Positions 62,001 through 64,000 of a stretch of 64,000 nt of DNA are shown piece by piece. How positions within the stretch are numbered: position 1 is the stretch's first letter; each line of letters opens with the position of its first letter. This DNA comes from Podarcis tiliguerta (Eukaryota): assembly GCA_965153285.1 (NCBI GenBank), contig OZ229112.1; one strand, given 5' to 3'. The notes beneath the pieces were generated by a model that was not told where the DNA came from, did no database searches, and was given only the letters and a program-made list of their open reading frames with translations. The position numbers were made by a program, and so were the translations under genes.

Positions 62001-62616
62001 AATTAAATACTTAACCTGAGGTACCACTGTATGTAGATCTGATGTTGCAAGTCAATGAATTTGAGGAAGGCTCAACAAACCTAAACGTCTCGTAATAATC
62101 TTTAATAGATTCTGGATTATGAACTGATACAGAGTGAATTCCAGATCAGATATTTGAATGATTTTAAAAAATCAGTGAGTGAGCTTAACCTTTTATCAAA
62201 TGATAGGGCAGGCTTCCTCAATCTGGTGGCCTCTAGATGATTTGTAACAATTCCTATTGGCCCAGTAACCCTGCTGACTGAGGCTTATGGAAGCTGCATG
62301 CCAAAACATCTTGAGAGCACCAGGTTGGGAAAAGCTGTTGCAGGGTATTTTATGCTAACTATTTTTATTACTTAATTTGCAGGACCTGGAAAAAGAGTTT
62401 GAATGTACAAAAATGCAGTTGGAATCCACAGCACTTGATATTCAGTTCTTCATTTCTGAGCATGCCCAAGATCTTTCCCCAAACCAGAGCAAGCAGCTCT
62501 TGAGGCTCTTGAATACCACACAGAAGCGCTTCCAGGAAATGCAAGAGACAATAAGATCCCAAGTCGACCATTTTGAAACTCTCTTACAGACAGAACAAGT
62601 TCTTGTTGACCAGAAG
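4666..62616 (+). CDS. DST: Dystonin (BPAG1a/b isoforms), partial multi-exon gene; 5' and 3' ends outside window; 34 a/b coding exons in window
   Basis: Spliced translation gives the CH2 end (RPDLID...[29 protein letters not shown]), a plakin domain with SH3, the b-specific plakin-repeat giant exon and spectrin-like exons. Exon phases are mutually consistent. The BPAG1e N-terminus, rod and tail identify DST rather than MACF1 or PLEC. Confidence 0.97.
4888..4994 (+). CDS. DST: DST exon, CH2 end ([36 protein letters not shown])
   Basis: ttttag| ... |gtaagt; phase 1 to 0. Confidence 0.95.
5150..6060 (-). mobile_element. Degenerate L2 LINE fragment, interrupted by a SINE
   Basis: catagagtccattgcag...gaggttacca resembles the antisense of the L2 VTSRLDYCN region; heavily mutated; boundaries approximate. 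Confidence 0.4.
5378..5507 (+). mobile_element. SINE with tRNA-Asn-derived head and CR1-type tail
   Basis: ggctGTTaatcagaaggttggtggtttgagcctacccagggac matches the tRNA-Asn(GTT) 3' half; followed by attcctgtatcgcaaggagttggaatagctgacc...ttctatg. Confidence 0.65.
6116..6235 (+). CDS. DST: DST exon ([23 protein letters not shown]...PVELK)
   Basis: actag| ... |gtgat; 120 nt, phase 0-0; absent from the ORF track. Confidence 0.93.
7357..7452 (+). CDS. DST: DST exon ([18 protein letters not shown]...LYKLLE)
   Basis: ctttag| ... |gtaagc; 96 nt. Confidence 0.93.
7539..7666 (+). CDS. DST: DST exon ([43 protein letters not shown])
   Basis: gaag| ... |gtatgt; ends in phase 2, matching exon 11701. Confidence 0.93.
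8625..8850 (+). mobile_element. L2-like LINE 3' end
   Basis: tttcggcgcctgctgaaaaca...tgtaaacggttttgagg...gcagtgtatacattttatgaaattaaataaa. Confidence 0.45.
8871..9006. mobile_element. Degenerate URR1-like hAT MITE
   Basis: cagccttttt...aaaggctg termini; internal ggactacaactcccatcattcct palindrome. Confidence 0.6.
9188..9262. repeat. (TCTG/TCTA)n microsatellite
   Basis: Read directly from sequence. Confidence 0.9.
9414..9549. mobile_element. URR1-like hAT MITE, 136 bp, with 8-bp TSD ATTTAAAC
   Basis: TIR CAGGCATAGGCAAA...TTTGCCTATGCCTG; near-palindromic body; identical TSD at 9406-9413 and 9550-9557. Confidence 0.9.
11100..11423 (+). promoter_or_regulatory. Internal BPAG1e promoter and 5'UTR: KRE3-like AAAATATTTG (11114-11123), degenerate p63-like site (11169-11188), TATA-like TATATA (11217-11222) and TATTTAA (11294-11300)
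   Basis: Lies directly upstream of the BPAG1e ATG exon. The motifs are read from the sequence; their function is inferred. Confidence 0.55.
11424..11590 (+). CDS. DST: BPAG1e-specific first coding exon ([56 protein letters not shown])
   Basis: ATG with A at -3; closely resembles the remembered human BPAG1e N-terminus ([30 protein letters not shown]...); perfect CAG|GTAAGT donor in phase 2; too short for the ORF track. Confidence 0.92.
11424..44910 (+). CDS. DST: Complete BPAG1e/BP230 (epithelial dystonin) isoform CDS, 24 exons, 7797 nt including stop, 2598 aa
   Basis: Own ATG exon (11424-11590) + 21 shared plakin exons + rod exon (39317-42004) + terminal PRD exon (43120-44910). The exon lengths sum to a multiple of 3 with a single terminal stop. 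Confidence 0.93.
11701..11794 (+). CDS. DST: DST shared exon ([31 protein letters not shown])
   Basis: ttttag| ... |gtaagt; accepts both the 7666 and 11590 phase-2 donors. Confidence 0.93.
13787..13941 (+). CDS. DST: DST plakin exon ([24 protein letters not shown]...DQLVQR)
   Basis: acacag| ... |gtttgt. Confidence 0.93.
15008..15324 (+). mobile_element. Squam3-type tRNA-derived SINE with compound (CTA)(CTC)(CTT)n tail
   Basis: A box tggtgtagtggtt, B box ggttcgcgtctcc, CORE-like tgaccttgggctagtcac, L2-like 3' end, trinucleotide tail ~15235-15324. Confidence 0.8.
16484..16946 (+). CDS. DST: DST exon with Ser/Gly/Thr-rich linker ([15 protein letters not shown]...WVDEMQ)
   Basis: aaacag| ... 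|gtaaca; overlaps ORF 16509-17033. Confidence 0.94.
17055..17183 (+). CDS. DST: DST plakin exon ([22 protein letters not shown]...AKISE)
   Basis: tttcaag| ... |gtacag; WGSDLPSVE plakin motif. Confidence 0.94.
17306..17346. repeat. (TA)n microsatellite, left flank of the Penelope insertion (right flank 17604-17627)
   Basis: Read directly from sequence. Confidence 0.9.
17347..17605 (-). mobile_element. Truncated Penelope-like retroelement: pseudo-LTR with 3' extension plus an inverted pLTR copy, embedded in (TA)n
   Basis: Perfect 113-bp inverted arms 17375-17487 and 17493-17605. Only one arm carries the 28-nt extension (minus strand tcctgtacccgtgaaaatctacgaaagc). Each arm has a hammerhead core. 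Confidence 0.8.
17514..17551 (+). ncRNA. Minimal type I hammerhead ribozyme motif (mirror copy on the - strand at 17429-17466)
   Basis: CTGAAGA(T) 17516-17523, stem II GACGAG/CTCGTC, GAAA 17542-17545, palindromic ACGT in place of stem III, predicted UC cleavage after 17549; stem I is only 2 bp. Confidence 0.6.
17654..17731 (+). CDS. DST: DST plakin exon ([26 protein letters not shown])
   Basis: ttacag| ... |gtaaga. Confidence 0.93.
17832..17993 (+). CDS. DST: DST plakin exon ([43 protein letters not shown]...YHA)
   Basis: tttcaag| ... |gtaagc; [15 protein letters not shown] motif. Confidence 0.95.
18119..18223 (+). CDS. DST: DST plakin exon ([11 protein letters not shown]...HPARLTIE)
   Basis: ggaag| ... 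|gtaggt. Confidence 0.93.
18542..18899. mobile_element. Tc1/mariner (pogo/Tigger-like) MITE, 358 bp, TA TSD
   Basis: TA|CAGTGGTGCCCCGCAAGACGAA ... TTCGTCTTGCGAGGCACCACTG|TA; 22-bp TIR with 1 mismatch. Confidence 0.9.
20739..20834 (+). CDS. DST: DST plakin exon ([32 protein letters not shown])
   Basis: cctaag| ... |gtacgt; QTQWSW plakin motif. Confidence 0.95.
21716..21841 (+). CDS. DST: DST plakin exon ([15 protein letters not shown]...LIQESM)
   Basis: ttctag| ... |gtgggt. Confidence 0.93.
22687..22839 (+). CDS. DST: DST exon, start of SH3 ([10 protein letters not shown]...[13 protein letters not shown])
   Basis: ttttag| ... |gttgga; AICDY SH3 motif. Confidence 0.94.
23109..23263 (+). CDS. 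DST: DST exon, SH3 ([22 protein letters not shown]...[21 protein letters not shown])
   Basis: accag| ... |gtaagt. Confidence 0.95.
23442..23568 (+). CDS. DST: DST plakin exon ([28 protein letters not shown]...NVAS)
   Basis: tttcag| ... |gtaagt. Confidence 0.94.
24225..24408 (+). CDS. DST: DST plakin exon ([20 protein letters not shown]...LKSAER)
   Basis: cctag| ... |gtaaat; ends in phase 1. Confidence 0.93.
24728..25055 (-). mobile_element. Sauria (Squam1) SINE
   Basis: aaaggtaaagggacccctgacc tail end, gtttaccttccc and tacctatttatctacttgcac core, tRNA-like head at right. Confidence 0.92.
26897..27054 (+). CDS. DST: DST plakin exon ([29 protein letters not shown]...SEQE)
   Basis: caacag| ... 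|gtgagt. Confidence 0.94.
27750..27839. mobile_element. 90-bp hAT MITE with 8-bp TSD TTCAGAAG
   Basis: CATAACTGTCAAC ... GTTGACAGCTATG TIRs; TSD at 27742-27749 and 27840-27847. Confidence 0.85.
28075..28253 (+). CDS. DST: DST plakin exon ([13 protein letters not shown]...[10 protein letters not shown]...IYIEK)
   Basis: ctgtag| ... |gtaagt. Confidence 0.93.
28571..28709 (+). CDS. DST: DST plakin exon ([29 protein letters not shown]...TLK)
   Basis: tttcag| ... |gtattc. Confidence 0.93.
28799..29100 (-). mobile_element. CR1 LINE 3' fragment
   Basis: cataagaacgtaagaag tail; gccagatgcctgtgggaa and ccatgaatttgtctaa CR1-like segments. Confidence 0.6.
29323..29451. mobile_element. Degenerate URR1-like hAT MITE
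   Basis: cctccagatgttgctggact...agtccaacaacatttggagg palindrome. Confidence 0.65.
29874..30067 (+). CDS. DST: DST plakin exon ([20 protein letters not shown]...SQIENR)
   Basis: taccag| ... |gttagt. Confidence 0.93.
31353..31406. repeat. (TA)n microsatellite
   Basis: Read directly from sequence. Confidence 0.9.
31982..32023. repeat. (ATT)n microsatellite
   Basis: Read directly from sequence; source of the poly-Ile in spurious ORF 31922. Confidence 0.9.
33022..33184 (+). CDS. DST: DST plakin exon ([18 protein letters not shown]...LNQQK)
   Basis: aaccag| ... |gtaaaa. Confidence 0.93.
33658..33741 (+). CDS. DST: DST plakin exon ([28 protein letters not shown])
   Basis: ttacag| ... |gtaaaa. 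Confidence 0.93.
34029..34397 (+). mobile_element. Sauria (Squam1) SINE, near full length
   Basis: gcgctgtggtctaaacc head, ctgccaacctagcagtt, gtgcaagtagataaatagg, cctttaccttt tail. Confidence 0.9.
35113..35220 (+). CDS. DST: DST plakin exon ([36 protein letters not shown])
   Basis: ctgcag| ... |gtagtt; DYELQ and PVKRRR motifs. Confidence 0.95.
35575..35785 (+). mobile_element. Old SINE with tRNA-Ala-like head and CR1-type tail
   Basis: gctcagagatagag...ttTGCatgaagaaggttcaaggttcaactactggcatctc; tail tactgaact...tggtctgattcagtataagg. Confidence 0.55.
36599..36697 (+). CDS. DST: DST last shared plakin exon ([33 protein letters not shown]); branch point between the e and a/b isoforms
   Basis: ttgcag| ... 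|gtaagt; phase 0. Confidence 0.95.
37019..38285 (+). pseudogene. Decayed (pseudo)exon, candidate relic of a BPAG1eB-type insert exon
   Basis: Acceptor-like gtgctttcag| at 37018 and phase-0 donor-like GAG|GTATAT at 38285. Between them are purine-rich, coding-like overlapping frames (37020-37526, 37504-37869 with 2 internal stops, ~37859-37984, 37953-38285). Confidence 0.5.
39317..42004 (+). CDS. DST: BPAG1e coiled-coil rod exon (896 codons; [16 protein letters not shown]...KRLHPLE)
   Basis: tggcag| ... GAG|gtacat; lies within the 931-aa ORF; E/K/Q/L-rich heptads; [12 protein letters not shown] and [11 protein letters not shown] motifs. Confidence 0.95.
43120..44910 (+). CDS. DST: BPAG1e terminal exon, plakin repeat domains B and C (intermediate-filament binding), ends [10 protein letters not shown]
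   Basis: ttacag|; [27 protein letters not shown] and [15 protein letters not shown]...TGLRLLE motifs. Confidence 0.96.
   Translation, partial: NLQNEDLSKISAILEEKQAKEVALIPSEYDNIKFQGLRHDVTAKQLIEVKLLDLSTAEQLHSGKKAIAEVQKNLENFLTKPTAIAGLYIESSKGKVSFASAAKQRIIEKASVLALLEAQAATGFIIDPTAGQKYSVDDSVAKGLVDHEYKSRLLEAEKAVLGYLFSGKKLSVYQAIETRILERQKGKSFIEAQIASGGIIDPVRSVRVHPEVAVQLGLLNNTVLKFIYEHSSNKKVFQNPNNRQAMYYNDLLKLCLLDIGSKCFLLPVGERKITTPSAEKIHKISVVDITSGAEMTSYEAYKKSLIDKSTYLQLSGQEFQWKESTCFDHHGNSYLVLTDLKTGMQFNIDEALTDGKVDRMLVSQYKEGQITASELADVLLSNSKPRTDVNSPIAGVWLPETNERMPLLKAARKNLVERTTALRCLEAQASTGGIIDPFTGKRYSVAEALQRELIDEASAKHVQQCELVFTGIIHPVTKSVLSAVEAMNTNVLEKEMGTRCLEYQHLTGGLIDPKSHCRLSMEEAIKRGIIDAVTATKMKNDKFYLKGITCPKTKKKLTYKEALDNAVFDCHTGLRLLEAAELISSGISSLYFSSQS
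45409..46037 (+). terminator. Candidate BPAG1e polyadenylation signals: AATAAA 45409-45414, ATTAAA 46015-46020, AATAAA 46032-46037
   Basis: Located after the stop at 44910 and before the next a/b exon at 46579. Which signal is used cannot be determined from sequence. Confidence 0.45.
45421..45553 (-). mobile_element. SINE with tRNA-Lys(CTT)-derived head and CR1 tail, in the BPAG1e 3' region
   Basis: Minus strand: gatagcgcagtcagtggagcatgagactCTTaacctcagggtcatgggtctgagccccacgttgggc, then attcctgcattgcagggggtttgactagatgac...gtcccttccaac. Confidence 0.8.
46579..46713 (+). CDS. DST: DST a/b exon ([24 protein letters not shown]...PKKQ)
   Basis: catcag| ... |gtatta; phase 0, joins exon 36697. Confidence 0.9.
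50655..50743 (+). CDS. DST: DST a/b exon ([30 protein letters not shown])
   Basis: tttcag| ... |gtaggt; FLAKHGDK motif. Confidence 0.92.
51210..51345 (+). CDS. DST: DST a/b exon ([20 protein letters not shown]...VDEK)
   Basis: caaaag| ... |gtagtc; phase 2 to 0. Confidence 0.9.
52454..58123 (+). CDS. DST: DST-b-specific giant exon (5670 nt, 1890 codons): N-terminal plakin repeats followed by a long disordered region
   Basis: ttttag|GAG GAT AAA ([15 protein letters not shown]) is in frame with the 1893-aa ORF; ATG|gtgagt donor; [34 protein letters not shown] plakin-repeat motifs. Confidence 0.95.
58473..58607 (+). CDS. DST: DST-b exon ([14 protein letters not shown]...QLEQLE)
   Basis: tttcag| ... 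|gtaagc; 135 nt, phase 0-0. Confidence 0.85.
59446..59665 (-). mobile_element. Sauria (Squam1) SINE, 5'-truncated
   Basis: Closely similar to the 24728 copy; ends at tacttgcactttgac. Confidence 0.9.
59697..59912 (+). CDS. DST: DST-b exon ([25 protein letters not shown]...AVDSEM)
   Basis: ttgtag| ... |gtaggt; [13 protein letters not shown] motif. Confidence 0.92.
60558..60892 (+). mobile_element. Sauria (Squam1) SINE, different and CpG-rich (young) subfamily
   Basis: ggttcgaatccc B box, ctgccaacctagcagttcgaaagcac, tacctttaccttt tail; many intact CpGs. Confidence 0.9.
61174..61320 (+). CDS. DST: DST-b exon ([24 protein letters not shown]...FQLLK) with a GC donor
   Basis: ttctag| ... AAG|gcatgt; 147 nt; the GC donor keeps phase 0. 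Confidence 0.82.
61804..62029. mobile_element. Tc1/mariner (Tigger-like) MITE, 226 bp, TA TSD
   Basis: TA|CAGTGGTATCTCAGGTTA ... TAACCTGAGGTACCACTG|TA; internal ttcaggtta repeats. Confidence 0.9.
62209..62337. mobile_element. Degenerate hAT MITE
   Basis: caggcttcctcaatctggtg ... caccaggttgggaaaagctg. Confidence 0.5.
62383..62616 (+). CDS. DST: DST-b exon ([48 protein letters not shown]...VDQK)
   Basis: ttgcag| ... |gtttgc; [13 protein letters not shown] motif. Confidence 0.93.
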
Positions 62617-63280
62617 GTTTGCTTCTGTGTGTGATTGTGTGCTTAGCATGACACCGAACCCAAGTGGAGACGTGACAAAATGTTGAAGTGCAGAAATTGT
62701 ACATTAGCTGGGATCGAAAGCAAAGGAATACAGTGTGCCTATCCTTCAGAATTCTAGAGCCACATGATAAATGTTTGAGGGAACCAGTTGCGTGCTTCCT
62801 TCAACAGCAAGTTTTGTTTCAACAGCAATATATAGAAATGATAAAATGCTTTACCCAACAGTGGGTAATGATTTGACTTTTACTTTAAAGCTGAGTCATA
62901 AATAAACTAATAAAGCTGAGGCAGCAGACCTAGGACTGCACATTAGACTTTGGGTATCTGTTGAAGAAGGATGCTTTGTCATCTAGTCTGTGCCAGGAAG
63001 CAACAATGGATGCTTTTGTGATTTGGGGAAATCACTCCGTGACTTGCGTGCTGCCCTTTTGTAGGTGAAATAGCCACAGGTGCTTGTTCTGCATCTTGAG
63101 GGCCTTCTAAGAGGTCTGATCACTCTAGCACAGGTGTGGGGACCTTTGGCCTACAGCAACATCTGGAGGGCCAAAGGTTCCTTCCCCACATCTGCTCGAG
63201 TGTATGGAAGGTAATGTACTCAAGAGCATTGGGAATTTGTCAGCAGTAGGGCTAACAGGGAAAAAGAAGCAGCAGAGTTC

Positions 63281-63460
63281 TACAGTAAGAGCTGTTTGAC
63301 AGTGGAACAAATGCCCTCGAGAGGTTGTGGACTCTCCTTCCTTGGAGGTTTTTAAACAGAGGTTGATTGGCTATCTGTCCCGAACACTTTATTTGAGATT
63401 CCTGCATTGCAGGGGGTAGGACTAGATGACCCTTGTGGTCCCTTCCAAACTCTATGATTT
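63281..63460 (+). mobile_element. CR1 LINE 3' end
   Basis: gagctgtttgacagtggaac...ctccttccttggaggtttttaaacagagg...attcctgcattgcaggggg...actagatgacc...cttccaaactctatgatt. Confidence 0.85.
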
Positions 63461-64000
63461 TATTAGTCTGCAAGCACCGAACAAGATTAACTTTGAAGGA
63501 CAATTTCTTTTTTAATCAGTTGAGGGAGAAGGGAGAGTCTTCAGCCCAGGAAATGCAGTATTTAAAAAATATGCTTAATAGGGATGAAAGTACCGTTAAG
63601 AACAATGAGTGCCATTGCATGTCTGCTTCTGTATTGCTTAAAACACAACAGCATTTTATATGCGGGTAATATTACATGTACCAACTGATCTAACACATAG
63701 TTTTCGACTAACCTTTGTTTTGCCATCCCCTTTTCAGAATTAATACCTGTCTGTTACAGGTTTCAAGCCATTCAGAGATTGGGATTTTCACACGCATAAT
63801 GCATGGCCAGACTTCTGCTGGGCGGTTCCATCCAAAACCTGGTCTCTTTACTTACAGCATTTGTGAGGTTTATCTCATACCTTCTCTATTCAGCTTCTTT
63901 AAACTGTGTGCAGTTGCTATCATGTTTACAGCATACTCTCAGAAATAGTGTCTGATGAAAGCTTTGATATTTGGTTGTTTGAACATTAACCTCTATGAGG

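Overview
This is eukaryotic (vertebrate) DNA. The repeat content (Sauria/Squam1 SINEs with ACCTTT tails, a Squam3-type SINE, BovB, URR1-like hAT MITEs) points to a squamate, most likely a lacertid lizard. The whole window lies inside the + strand dystonin gene (DST/BPAG1). I traced 37 coding exons by hand with consistent reading phases. They comprise 5 exons from the end of the actin-binding CH2 domain into the start of the plakin region, the epithelial BPAG1e first exon, 21 shared plakin/SH3 exons, and the two BPAG1e-specific exons (coiled-coil rod and terminal plakin-repeat exon). They continue with 3 a/b-isoform exons and the 5 muscle DST-b-specific exons, including a 5,670-bp giant exon. 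The complete 24-exon BPAG1e CDS (11424-44910, 2598 aa by my sum) is nested inside the larger a/b transcription unit, whose two ends lie outside the window. Most ORFs in the supplied track are spurious intronic, antisense or repeat frames. The most interesting observations are: (1) a perfect 113-bp-arm palindrome from a Penelope-like element carrying a minimal hammerhead ribozyme core on each strand, inside a 470-bp intron; (2) a ~1.27-kb decayed 'fossil' exon between the plakin domain and the rod exon; (3) a cryptic 12-aa tandem repeat and a LIR-like motif in the giant exon; (4) cryptic splice signals (16-nt microexon, AG|GT site, RBFOX/QKI motifs) before the giant exon; (5) a GC-AG intron. 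Comparisons to human DST come from memory and need checking. I found no prokaryote-type systems such as CRISPR.
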